Positions 29,841 through 43,861 of a stretch of DNA of 64,000 nt are shown here, one piece after another. Each line of letters begins with the position of its first letter. Position 1 is the stretch's first letter. The translations under genes and the position numbers were made by a program. The notes under the pieces were generated by a model. That model was not told where the DNA came from. It saw only the letters and a list, made by a program, of their open reading frames with translations, and did no database searches. The DNA is taken from positions 62,001-126,000 of the forward strand of contig KZ538094.1 of assembly GCA_000934665.2 (NCBI GenBank), read 5' to 3'. The DNA comes from Catajapyx aquilonaris. Lineage: Eukaryota.

Positions 29841-32800
29841 TTATCATATGTTCCGCTGGAGGAGCAGGTACGAAAAGGCAGGTCTTTTCAAAGCAACCCA
29901 CAATCCTTCCTTCACCCCCTCTTCCGAGTGTCATTTAGGACCATTCAACAACCCCTCATATAAGCGCCCACGAAGGTCTTCAGCAGACCCACTTCTTTCA
30001 AAGACTATTGATGCCAACATTCCATCGGTAGGGCGGAATAACCTGATCGAGTCGACCAATCACAACACGCAAACTCTTGCACCGTACACCGTACGTTTCA
30101 GCACAAATCGTAGGTAATGGACCGTACTACCGGTTTATCTGGCTGACAACAAGTGACAACAAAAAAAACTATAAGCACCGCATGTCATAGCATTTATGTA
30201 ATTTCCATTCTGGTATTACAGCATTGTTTCCTAACAATAAGTCACATGAATATTAGGAGGAAAATATACCGGTAATGTAGCCGGGAGATGGTGGTTGGGT
30301 GGGTGGATATGCCAGACTCCGGTACTGGTTGTTTATATGTGCGTGCGTGAATTCGCAGGTCAGGGTCGGACATTGGCCGGCTCAAGTCGTATTGCACACA
30401 AAAGGGAGGAGGGAAAAAAATCGTGAATTGCACCCCTACCTGGCGAAGAATGCACATTTCCCTGCCTGCAGTATTTTATTGCTGCCTCTTTTCCCTATCC
30501 AAGCTGTAAACAAACAACCAAATTGGGGTCCGTGTATATCCCCCTGTTTTTTTCTAACTTTGGGTGTGAATTCATATCAGAAATTCTCAAGTTGTAAATT
30601 CGGGATGCCGAGGTCTATTATTATCTCGAGTTATACAGTATAGTTGGAATTAGTACCCCGTATTGAAGGGGGCCGACGACCTGCAGTTTATTCCCTTTAA
30701 TGGGGCAATTGATGATATTTTAAAATCGGTTTTGGAGTGATAATTATCTGGTGCTTACGGTTCGGTTCTGATTGGGCACCATATTTTTTTTTTCCTTATC
30801 TTATGGGGGACTGGGTTTGCCCATAGCTCCCAATAATTTACGAGCCCCAAAAAATAAGGAGGGTGTAGCGGTGTTTCCCAATGGTTCAAAATCTTTCAAT
30901 CTTGCCCCAGGTGTTTGCTGGTGCCCTGGCTCATTACTTGAGCTTTCAGATATGTGTTTGGGCCTTATATGCTGGACTTATAACTCTTCTAATAAACGGC
31001 AACCGCAAAAACACAACTAGTGCACGAGGTGTCAGGCCTCACATTTTCGTCGTCGTCTCCAGGGGTGTCAAACCGGATTTGCCCATAGCGTCCAATAAAT
31101 TTACGACATCTGCCAGCCAATATTATTCCCAAAAATCGAGTGAACCAACCATATGCTAAACATTCGCCTTCACTAAATCTGCCAAAGAAGGAGACTGCGG
31201 CGATAATTACAATCATAAAAAAAGAGGGCTACCCCGCTGGGTGCGAATTGAACTCATCAAGCGGTTTTCTAAAGGACCTCTAGAGACGTGCCGACAATAA
31301 TTGGCTGCATTGTACTGCTCGGCTCAACGTCAGGTAAAATAAAAAATAAAAAAAACTGGGATGCTGGACCGGGATGGAGATGGAGGACACGCCCATGTGT
31401 AAGTCACGCCGTTCATGTGTACTGTGGGAAATGAACTTACACTGAATCACCACTGACTCACATGCTTTTTGCTAGAGAGTGACATTAAAAGGATCGGTAG
31501 CATCCGCTGCTCTCTGGACGAAAAACCCCTTCCATATTCGGTTGAGATCCTACAAAAAATGAACCTAATGCGATTTAAAAACTTGTAGCACCGGCGGGCT
31601 TATCACCCCCTGTTTTTTTGTGTCTGCCCAGGTATGAATCTGGACAGAGGAGATGCATCAGACGAGTTCGTGCGAGTTGCAAGTGGACGATAATCACCTT
31701 CGGTCACGGCCGGATGAGCAGGCACCAGGCGCCGCACGTGACGACTATAAGATCACTCAGGACTAAAACTGGCAACAATGAAACTTGCAATATAATCAGA
31801 TCAATTAGAGTTACATTTTGGACCAAACTGTGAAGCAGAAAAATATTTATTATAATATTTCAAGTCCATATATGTTTGGCATATGAGTAACATTATTGTC
31901 ACCGTTTCGTCTGATGCTCTCTTTGTGGGTTTTTAAAAAAATGGTAGCGTACCCCCTTCCAAAATGTGCATCTGCTCATGCAAGATGGTTGGTGAAGAAG
32001 GGGGTAATCCAGGAGTTGTGCTGCTGGACCGCACGTAAGGAGAAAGTTGCACAATGGGCGAGTGAGTAGGGGAGAACACGGCGTTGCCACCACCTTTGTC
32101 GGCGAGAAAAGGTTTCTGCTGCCCGTTTTTTCTCTTTTTGGTCCAGTGGCAAAGGGGAGACGGTTGGTATGAGCAGATGGTGCATCTTCGAGTCCTGTTT
32201 CCTCATGACATAATTAGCTTCCCTATTCTGATGAGGAGACCCTGGTGAGTGACGCAGAAACAAGAAAATGAGACCGTTTCGGAGGGACGATCGTTTTGAG
32301 TGTGGGCAGTTCGTGTACAAAAGGCCGAAAAAGAAGATGCTGAAGATAGGAATCGGAGCAGAAATGTCTGTGAAAAGGGTCCTTTTGTACTTGAAAATCC
32401 CTCGCTTTTTGAAGTTTTGGTTTGCGAGGAATGAGGGACGCGTTGTGTGCAACACAAGATGATCGGGGGGACATGGCGCATGACCATCCTCAAGATCGCG
32501 CCATTAGATTAGGAGGCCCTGCTATCCCAGGTCCAAACCCTACATGTCTTCGTCTACATTTTTCGAACCCCCCATCAAGTGTCTATACCCTACCCAAAAA
32601 ATGGCGTAATGAGGATCCAGTTTGTTATTGTCCCGGATCCAACACGACAACAACACCGTGCACACTTCCTCAATCAAAGGTCAAGGGTGGTTGCTTGCAC
32701 AGCACGTGTTTCGCACAAACAATTATCACCCGCATTTGCTCATCCGGCACATGCATGCCCTTCGGTAAATACGGACAGTGTGCAAACCCTCCGGCCAGTC

Positions 32801-35800
32801 CCAGCATCTTTGGCAAGTCATGGTATCCATTCGCAAGAGCCTTGGGTCTTGGGGCTGTTGAACCTCATGGTAGCGAGGCAAAAGAACTCAGATACAAAGG
32901 AGCCAGAGCACTTTGGGCCCGCTCTTCTTCAGCTAATGGACTATGCAGTCTTCTTGCAGTTTCAACATCAGAATCCTGATTTCTCTCTTGATGGACCACC
33001 CGCCATGTCACTCGCCAATGCGTGTCAGCAAATAAAGCGGATTCTCACTGTGCTAATCTCTAAACCAAAGCAAATTTTACACGGACCGGATTATACTTAA
33101 AACTGACCTGAAAGAATTACAGGTAACTGCCAAGGACGGATGATGTTGACATATTAGTTTACAACAGCGCATGCACAGCACAATGCCTAAAATGAACATT
33201 GCTAGAATAATACCGTCGTAAAATGCCAATAAAGCAGTGAAAGGTAGGCCGATGAAGCTGTGACGAATTTCGCACCGGGCGACGAATTTACACTAGGACA
33301 CTACCTTTCTGTCCCGGATAATAATTATCCTTGCGCTTTTATTACAACCTGTCCTCCCCCGATAAGTCTCGGCAATCCTAACGCCAAACTGGCTCGCAAT
33401 GGTGCCATAAACACTGAATTTGTACACACGCATTGTAAAACTCGCGTTATTTCGCCACATGAAATGATGGTAGAGCCCCACGCGCCTCCAAGCGGGACAG
33501 GTAATCCTGCTAAAAGCTTAATTAATACTCTTTTTTTTGAAACCCTCTAGGGCAGAAAAGACGCAAGAGTAGGTGTCACTCGCGTGTAAAATGCCCGAAA
33601 ATGCTATCAAAAACCGCAAAGTCGAGGGCCGGCCAAGAACTGCCTCTGGCAATGTTTTGCCAATTTCTGGACAAGTAGGCCATTTTCCTTACCCGCCAGT
33701 AAAAAAAACTGGTAAAAAATCCGGTTGCACGACCGCCAAACAAAAAAAAACCAGTAGTGTAGCCGTATAAGACAAGTATTGTCGACGGCCTTCTCCTTTT
33801 TGTGCTCATCCCCCAGCATACCACGCACCTGAGCTGAATATGAGACCGGAACAAACGTTCAGGCCCCATTCAGGTGTCGAAGACTTCAACCTATCACTTG
33901 CGGTCGTCTCTAGTGCCTCTTCTAGTACCGTGAGAATAAAGGCCATATTTCCGAACCGTTCGTCCCTCACGACTTTTACGGTATTAGCCCTAATAAAAAG
34001 GTGCTTTCCCTACCTGAGGGGTACTATAAGGACAATATTATACTGGACACTTTCACCATGCTTTTTTAATGAGAGTGTCCGCAGTACCATATAGCCTGCC
34101 CTTGTTGCTAAGGCTGTCATTACAACATAACCTTTATCGATGTTTGTCACTCACGTGGATGCCACACGCCAATGTCAACAGTGATAAGACTCGAGGAGGC
34201 GCAATTGACGGATTGCAATATATCTATATGAGCCTATAGCAAACTGTGTATTTGCACTATGGAGCTCCCTAAACCTGGGCGTACCCATATTGACGCAAGG
34301 TGCGTCTTTTTGTCAAACTTTACCTGACCCCTGGGCCAGCCCTAGGCGCCATCTTGGTGGGGCCACCGCCTAGGGTGGAGTCAAAATGGGCCCAGTGTTT
34401 GCTCTCCGGTGAGAAGCATTTGCCGCACCCCGTACCTTTTTTTCGGGGAGTGACAATGGCCACCTTTATACCCCAGGCAGGTGTTCCGCTTGGAGAGAAA
34501 CATTCCTTTGGGCGGAGCACGTGGATGGCACGTCACCATCGCCCACTCTTCAGCCTCAAAAGACAAACCGATTCTATTCTGGAAGAGGGAGGATGCTGTG
34601 CATCTTAGGTTGCCGAGTGAAACCCTATCCGGACATCACCCGTTCCCAGATGCCGCTTTTTCACATCCAAAAATATGATGGCTAACGTTCATTGTTTCAT
34701 AGCATGTGGTTTCCTTGTTCCCCAAAGCTGCGCCCACACACATACTGGCGCATGCTAATTCGATTTAGGGCCCAGCAATGGAGGCGAATTAGACGCTCGC
34801 CGGCGCCGCAGTTCATGACACCTATTTAGGAGAATCATAGACATAAAACATGTTCTTTTTTAGCACTTTATAACACGGCTTGCTCAACGTATTAGAGAAT
34901 AAATATACTGTAAGGCGATAAAATTATTGATGATTAGTGCACAAGGTTCAGGGTAGATAGTTGACTCTGATAATTCGAACTAAAATATAGCACAAGGTGT
35001 AACTGCATGGTTTGTTACGGGCCTTGAATTATTAGTGTTATTTTTAGATATGGCCGTATGCATTGTCCTTCCTGGCTAGTAATAATGCAACCTTACAGTA
35101 ATGACACGTATTTATCGCACCGAGCCATATGATTTCCAATCGGTTTTTCCCAAGGACAAGTGTAAGCTAACATTATGGAAGGCACCCACCATGCACACAA
35201 CAGCAGGTTGCCAGCAGCTCAGTATAGAATAAAGATAAACTTATCTAGTAATACAGAAGAAACTGGACCAGTTACGACCAACCTTCGGAAGGTCGATAAT
35301 ATAATAGGATCACTTGCTTTCAATGTCGAGCAAGTGCAGAGGGCCAACAGTATTCCTTATGATTGCTTGGGCAATATAAGGAAAGTTAGTCTTCACACTT
35401 TATCAAGCCTACATATGACATGGTGTCCAATTCTGCACTAGTTCGTCGACGGATTGCTGACGGCACTAGAAAAGACTGATTGTCATGGTCACTTCGAAAC
35501 TGCGCAACCGGCACGGCTGCACGCAAGTGTAAGGAGGGTGTCTAAAAAGTTAACACTCGTAAAACTCCTAAGTACAGCACTGGTGCCGAATTCGTTGCCG
35601 TGTTGATAAAATACCATATAGGCTTAAGCTTATAATAATAAAATCAAGAGACTGTTTTGATATCTGCACACGTTATTAAATACGAAACTGAATTTTTAAA
35701 TTGCACAGAAATGTACACATATCCTGAACTCTGGAACCACCGTTATACTGATCGACTCGTTGAAATACTCAATAACAATCACAGCAAGCAATAAAGCGAT

Positions 35801-38800
35801 AATCTTTAATTGCCAATCAGAAGCTATCCAAGAGTGTAATATTGATTACTCTGCTACATTTGATACCCAACGTCGAAAAGGACATTTTTTTCTACCGTTA
35901 ATTGGTGAAAGTAGGGGCAATGTTAAATAGCCCAAAAAATTATTCTTTCACAGACATGATGCCGCATGTTACTGCAAAGGGCCCTGGTGAGTGAGGAAGA
36001 TGCAATCTATACTCGGGGACAATTTAAGACTTGGCAAGATACGAAGGACGTACCATTTTTTGTGACAATGAGGAAAATCCCTCCGCATTTCTTTTATCTT
36101 TATTACAATATTGTTATATACGGTATGTTTTAAAATCTTACCGGCATCTTGCATCATTTCGCAATCAACGTGCAAATTCCACAGCGTCAAGTCACTCTAT
36201 CTGAAAGGCAGCCGAAGGTCGCTCGTTCCAGATAGACCCCCCAGAATGCATAGGGGGACACGGTTCTCAATAACGCGCTTAATAAGTTTCCACGATTTAT
36301 AGTCGACTTGATTGGTTCATTAGCTTCGTTTCAAACTTCAATAAGCGCGCCGACAGAGTTATTCCCCCCTAGTCATCGTGCAGAGTAGAAAATCGCCAGT
36401 GGTTAATGAATAGGTGTTTATTAGTAATGTTGCAAGGGGTGGATGAACGCCGCATCTTGCAAGCGGGTCGTAAGTGAGCAATGAATTCGCAAGATAAGAT
36501 AAATTGTTAGGAGTGGGTGGAAGCATAAGGCCAAAGATCCCCTCTGCCCCATTCTTATCTCATGAAAGAAGGCGCACGAATGAGGCGAAGATGGACGGGT
36601 CAACTCTATAAGGAAATGCGTGGTCTAACTAATCGCCCACACTCCAAACCCACGGGCAACAATGTTTTCTAATAATTAATGAAGCCTAAAGATGGCTGAC
36701 GGAAATGGACTACCGGAAATGTTCACCAAAATCCATCGCAACATGGTGGTAGCCATGCCTCCAAGGCAAGTGGCTGGAATGCAATTTCTCGACCTGATCA
36801 GGGTCATGGGGATGCATATTATAAGGGCAGGGACAGGCCATATTATATATACCCCTTTGCCAGCTGCGTAGTCTGGCCCAATGCCATCGGCCTGTAAATA
36901 CAATGCACTATGCGCCGACTGCTGCACCGACCTTTTACAAAAGGCGGTCCAGGGGCTTTTAACATGCCCCGCTCGAATTGGATACGCATTCGGTTGTTAA
37001 CAGCCCGTAAATAGGACTTCTTAACTCATAAAATAATTTCGTTCAAACGGGTACTGGGTCCGTGACTAAAGTCCGGGGGCAAAACAGAAGCATGTCGGGG
37101 TACCTGAGCTAGGCCGGACAGTAAAACCAACAAAAGGACCGGCAATAATGTGATCCCGGTGTCAGATTTCTACGATTTCACTTACCGCTTCTGGGACAAG
37201 TTCGGGCTGTAAAATGGTCAATGGCACTGGGGAAAAAATAGCCTTCGGGCGTTTGATGACTTTCAAATGGTCAAAAAAATATACAATGGCTGCCAGAATA
37301 GGGAAATTACCTGGACATCCCCCCTCTTGGATGCCTCCCTCTTACCTTTTTATAGAGTGGACGAAGTGGTAGTACGGTTCTTATAGCACCGATTTCAAAG
37401 TGGAAGCCTCTTACCTCGGGTCCTAAAAAGAGTGACTGGGTTGCGGAAAACCGGTAGTCATACCCTCTGGCGCCCAATGCTGAGCTTATCCCAGGAATAA
37501 TAATACCTGGAGGGAAAAAAACGGACAGTAGAGAGGCTCATAAATTACGGTCAAGGGACGAGCGATACGAATGGGATGGGGAGCCGTGACGATAATAAAA
37601 TTTTTTGTCGGAGACGCAAAGGAACCATATACCTTCAGACACGCCTGATTTTATGCAACCCATGGAGTCAATCTGGTTCTCAGGCTCTCACTTTCCTGCT
37701 TGGATATTTCAAGACCTAATTGCATCTTTGTCAAAATTGTAGAAAATAGTGGCGTAAAGCCGGGTTACTTTTTCGTTTTTTGTTTTTTTTGTTGATCTGA
37801 CTAAATAACTTCCATATTAGTATCGTTCCATTGATAAAACGGGTTATACGTGTAGTTAGGGACTTTTCAGAACTATCACATCTTGCACGCATTCGCAATG
37901 AATACCATGCCTGAAGATGTTAAAGTTACACCGTACGCGAATCAGGTTACTTTGCCTCACTGACAAATGACAGCAAAAAGTATAAGGCCACTTCCTGAAT
38001 GTCCTCTGGTACTTATATAGATCTAAGGCAGCATGCTGACTAACTGTAAATTGTACCCGTGACTTTAAATCTATTTAAAATTAATGTATGTATGGCAAAG
38101 TGTATAATTAGCCCAGGATAAGTAACTTGCCAACATTCGAGACATTTCCTAACTGCTTGGAAGAAGAAAGGTTTTGCTGAGTACATCAGCACGCAAAAAA
38201 TGTCCACACCAATTGCATTCCTGCTGCTGGAAAGGCCGCATGGAGAACATTATCAACAGTCCTACATTGTTCATACCTCGAGAGTCCTTTGTCTGATAAG
38301 GGTAAAATGATGTAGTTCTGATGAGGGAGAATCTATAGTGCATACCTACTAAAGCACGGTGGGCCAATGTTACCTCCTGTGGGACAAAGTAATTATTCAA
38401 CTTTACAGTACTTGAAGCTTACCTCATCAATTTCCTGCGAGTGCAATTTTTACAGTCCCCAGCGGAATATTTTAAAAAAAGAAAACTGGCATCAGAAAAT
38501 AATCGTTCAGAATTCAAGTCGTTTTGACATCAGCACTCAACATCCTCAACAGGCGGTGCATTTCACACGTGGTTCCGATATCATCATTACGTATCAATCT
38601 TATCACAAGAGACGACTCGTGTGCTGCTCCTATAACATTCTTTACGACCGACCCAGATTGATGCGTATCTGCTGACCTTCGGAATTCCGAGACGAAGAAA
38701 CTCGTCTTGATGACATTGTCGTGCGCTCCAACTCGACCATATAACGGAACCCCCATGCTGCCTTCATAATCTTATCACTTAATAACTAGAAAATTGATAG

Positions 38801-41800
38801 CTTTCTGACAACCATAAATTATATCAGTACGGAAATAAACACCTCCAAGACCAAGGCATTGCATCAAAAGGATGCATATCTCCATTTTAGTTCATATACC
38901 TGCCAGGCACAGCTGTGCACCTTCAGAAAACGACTTGGCATTTATAAAGTCAGTAGTTTTTTTTTAGCAACCCGTAATAAAAAGAAGCCTGCTATTAGCA
39001 GGGGGTGCAGGCGTCATTGTCTTAGTCTTAGCATGTACAATTGCTAAAATTTTTACAGCTTACGACGAATGGGCAGGTCCGCCTTTGAATAATAATACCA
39101 GTGCCGGCAGAAGAAATGGCAAATGCTGGCCTTCACCATTTATTTCATCACCTCCCAGACTCACCTGTGCCCAATCAAACCTACACCTGTGCAGCAGCCA
39201 GCAATGCCTTGGGCTACTGTACTTGAGCTCCTGTTCCCAAGCCATGCATGTTTCCAATTAACGCCCTCTTGTCCACCTGACCGAATATTGTTTTATAATG
39301 ACAGGGTGGAAGACGCCTTTTGTCCGAACGAATGTAGGCTCAAGTTTCAGCGACAAGACGAACGTGATCCCAGAATCTCCCTCTTGTCCAGATATGCTAA
39401 ACAGGACGCAAGGTGTAATTAAAATCATTAAATAATAACGCAAACCGCAATTTATGCCCATGGTCCCTCGCCTTTCGCCACAATCAGGAACACCTAATTA
39501 ACAAGGATAAATGATCTGGCTACCACGCAACTTCTGTATTTTGGCACGTCTTTGGTCAATGAAGGTACCAGCATCCATTTTCAATGTTCAGACAAAACCA
39601 CACAAAAGTGTGGAAAGCCTTGAACATACCGGTACGGAACAGGATAAAAATACGTAATATCCCCCCTTTTCTCTTCTGGAAGTATATGTTGGTGGGCAAC
39701 ACGGCAAGCAGGAAGCATACTCGTGTCCCTATATAAGTTATTTCAATACACGAGCATTCATCTTCTGCTTGGTACTTCAAAGTGACATCACACATTCATA
39801 CGCACTCAACTTTCACTCAAAGGACGTGGAGCCAGAAGTAAAAGGGAAGACCGGTGGAGTCCGGCCGTCTTTGACCTTTAGCGCCGAGACCTTGGACCAT
39901 GCTTGCTCAGGATGGAATGTAAGCACGTGCCTGCTCTATAGAAACGATTAGTTTGCCCTATTGTTAAGGATATTGCATTTTCTCTGCATGTGCGGAGCAA
40001 TTATTCACCCAAGGCGGCCATGATGGGTGTTAATATTGAAGCAGGACCACGATCCAGAGTGACCCTTTGAAAAAAAATAGGAAAGTCATCCATCACACCA
40101 TTACCATTCAGTGTCCTTTGTAGACGGTCGTTGCCAACATCTAAAATGCAAAAAAAAAAAAAAAAAAAATGCTGATTGGAGGTTTTGAACAAAACATTGC
40201 CAGGGCATATCGTGTGAATCCATCTTTACACACATACTATTGATGGTCCAATTGCAGGCAATTACACGATTAGGTCTACGTTTCATTCCAGAAGGATTCG
40301 CTCCCGGCTTAGTTCGAATTCTGGATGCCAACACGCATCTGGAGGAACTTGACCACGATTCCTAAAAGTGCCGCAATTAAATTGAGTGAAAGTATACTTT
40401 AGTCTGATTTGCAGCCTCATCATTTTCAATTCGCACAACCGTCTAAAAATGAGGCATCTTTGGCGCACCGTGTATAAGGACCCCAAGATGCCGAGATCTC
40501 AGCTCGGTGAGAATGAAACATGATGGGCCGGGTGATGCATGTTTTCAGTGGCATAAAAACTCTTGTCTCTGGTTCTCGCCTGCGGTCCAAAGTACTCTTG
40601 AGAAGGCCGGAAGTGTATAACTTCAGGTCACTTTCTCACATGACGCATTCACCCGGCCAAGAAGCAGGTGACCTCTGCAGACTATCAGCACTGACAGACA
40701 TAGAAACATTTTCATTGCTCATTTGCAATGGTAACTCTGGAGTATTTGTTACATACCAGTTAGTCCTAAACAATTTGCATCCAGACATCCTGGACTCATG
40801 GTATAGGTGCTGGTCTTTGGACATTTTTTGGGGGACGAATTGTTATGACACAAGTGTACCAAGTACCTCTTGGTTCATTGTCCAATCATGCAAGATGAAG
40901 ACCCCCCCCCCCCCCCCAAAAAAAAAAAATAAATAATAATAATCCTTGCGTGAGAAGATGCGCCGTTTTTTCCTCTCTTCTTACACAACTTTCTCAAAAA
41001 ACCTAATGTGCATGGAATGGTAAAAAGCCATCTTCAAGTCAGCGAAGAGACCCAGAATTTTTTTGTCAGCATGTGGAAACACCTCCGGGAACTAACTGCA
41101 TGCCGGCGCTCTTTTCAGATTTACCTTTGAAAGGGCGGTAAGTGAAATGCCACAAGGGGGGGAGGCCGTATTATAGGGAGATTCTCCTCGGATGGGATGC
41201 AGATAAGACAACAGGTGCAATTACGGAACTGGCTTCAAGCTAAGTACTCAGAAAGGTTGCGAACGTGATTGCCTCGGAAGAGCTTTCTGTATAACACCGT
41301 GTCATTATGTCAGGTGGTAATTATCATAGCCACACTGCAGGGCCTGCCATTCTAGACACTTTCAATCAGCAGAATATGAACATCATGTAGCATCTATTGT
41401 TTCTTTGGTGTGCAGATTCGCCTACACTCTTAAATTGTTATCTTTTTTAATAACAAAAAAGGCACAAAAGTAGGTGTTTTGCACCCTCTCCTAAGAAGGC
41501 ACCAATAAGAAGCACCTCTTGTGCAGACCACTATTCCTTGCGTCCGTCACGAAGGATTTACTCCATGTTTTCAGCATGTTGGGTGGGGTGGGGGTAAGGG
41601 CAGCCCAGGGTTGCATGCTGTGTCAGAAAGGATTTGTTTATTGTCCTGAACCATGCGGTATGGGGCGGGGGGTTTGGCCCAGGAGTAAAATGTACGGATT
41701 GTGTCAGAAGGGATTTATTCAAAAAACGAAAAAACAGTCTTTTCTCCACCAGAAAATATCTTTGAGGAGTAATAAGTGTGGATGCCTTGTTACGTACATA

Positions 41801-43449
41801 ACCCTAAACTGGGGCATTTTAGGGGATCACCTTTCTAATGGTTTAAAAAAATTTCACTGCTCTGCTGATTGATTTTGATTGTGTCAGGAGACAGGACAAC
41901 CCAAAGGCCTGCCAAAGGCATTCCAAGCAAACATAAATGTAAACTCCTTCCACACATGAGAATTTTCCTCTCTTCTATTCCCAGGGATCCAATTCAGGAC
42001 CTCACTGGTAGATGACTGGCCAATAACCACAAGACACTAACTGTGCTGCCATTCTTCAGGTGTAATGTGTTTGTATATCTTGCTATATTTACCATTTTCC
42101 GTTGAATCAACATAATGTTTATGGACAGCAGATATATTTTCAGTGTTTTCTGTATTCGCGATTGTAACCTGCACACATCACAGGATATTCTATACTGTAT
42201 ATAGTCCTCTACTGACTCGTCACATCAGCAAGAAAAAATGAACAACTAATATATAGGTAGGCTATTACAGTATTTGCTCAACCTTCTTTAGTACCCTGAT
42301 ATGAAGCCTCAGTAAGAGCCCGTCACGACGGTGTACCCTTGTAGTGACCACATGTAGTGTAGTGGTTATATAAGGATCAACCTGGTCACAAAGTGACCTG
42401 TACACCGGTTCCACGGAGTGGTTACTCCCTTTGGGTCCGGTTCACGTAGACGTAATGCTAGAAAACACCTAGCAGGGGGCAACAATATAACAGCTGCCTC
42501 GGATTTGTCCCACACGTCAAATGCAATGGCGGCCAATTTTTTTCTCTATTTTTTTCCCCGCCGCCTTTTTTGGGGTCAAGTTTTCGGCAGGGCGTGGGCA
42601 CGAGCAAGTGGGTCTCAAATTCCACTGATTATCGGATTAGAGAGGAATGGTGCAAGGCGAGAGTAATGAGGGGCAAAAAGGGCCAATTTTCTCGCTCTCC
42701 ATCTGCTGATTGGAAATGTTAGGGGGAGGGGGGGGGGGAGCCTCAGGAGCCCTCATTAACAGCAATCGAGCGGTTATTGGACACCATTTTGGAGCACTTC
42801 CGCGAGTCTTCTATACGACCGCGCCCTTGTATGCCAACAATTTCATGGGCGCATCATTTTTCTCGCATCAAAACTGATCATCCTTCACCTGCAATGATGT
42901 AAATCTTCCGTCGTATAATAAAAGAGAGGTGTAAATGACCGTGGAGACTATTACGTGTGTCCCAGTTTGACTTTGGGAATCAAAATTAAATGTAATTCCC
43001 CACCATATTAACGGTTATGAGGCGCCAGAGATCATGTGGAATAATGTATGATTCATAATGGTATAGCTACACCGGTATTCAAAAAAGTAGTCCTGTGAAC
43101 CCTCCAGTGGAAAACCATAAATATGATGGCATATTACATTTTTTAAGCAGATCAGTATAAGGCTTGCGTCATAAAACGTGACTTCGGCAAGTTGTTATAA
43201 GGCTGTGCATTTAGACATATCATAAATTACACATGCAATAAATACAAATGAGTCGCATTGCGATCTCAAAACAACAGTGAAAAGAATGTTAATCCTGGTG
43301 GCTTAAAAAGCAAATAATAGACATATTTTATTTTTTTGTTCGGCTTTGTAATATGCTATTGTGCGATTTTGTTAGACTGTTTCGCACTATATAACTTACA
43401 ACCTATGCATATACAATACGACTGGATATTCACAATATTATATTATTAT

Positions 43450-43497
43450 ACCGATCCCTCAATGTGGTAAAATAAAATAAACAAATAAAATAAAAAA
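43450..43497 (+). mobile_element. Severely 5'-truncated retroelement insertion (48 nt)
   Basis: Short unique sequence plus (AAAAT)n tail between two copies of CAATATTATATTATTAT (43433-43449 and 43498-43514). Confidence 0.6.
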
Positions 43498-43514
43498 CAA
43501 TATTATATTATTAT

Positions 43515-43861
43515 TTTTTATTTTATTTTTACATTACCCCACGGGGGGAGCTATCTACTCCTTAGGGGGGGGGGGGGTGGAATTACCACCATCGGGATTT
43601 GTCGGAGCGAGTTAAGAAGGATCTTATTAGTGTACTCCAAGGGTAGGTGGGAGGGGATGTGCCAAGTGCATGTGCAATGTCTCTAACGGTCATTTTGTGA
43701 ACTCCCCCGGGTGGCTTAGTCTGTCGGAAATTGCCATCCGAAATGAAGCCAGAGATGGCCCAACTCTGCACGGATAAAGGTGGGAACCCCGGGTGGGGAT
43801 TGAACCCGGGACCTTCATATCCGTGGGCGCACGCGTTACCGCGACGCCACTTCATCTCCCC
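43515..43861 (-). mobile_element. tRNA-derived SINE, head family B, tail type X
   Basis: Minus strand reads GTGGCGTCGCGGTAACGCG...GGGTTCAATCCC (A/B boxes), with an (AAAAT)-like tail and a 15-bp TSD ATATTATATTATTAT at 43500-43514 and 43862-43876. Homologous to the copy at 57934-58348. Confidence 0.85.

Noticed and set aside
32225..32275. Hammerhead ribozyme at CTGATGA...GAAA
   Set aside because: Core words are present but I could not build the required flanking stems; other CTGATGA sites failed likewise.
32422..33100. Overlapping 185-aa and 173-aa ORFs as host genes
   Set aside because: No coherent protein family; weak similarity is split across frames, as expected for a decayed transposon.
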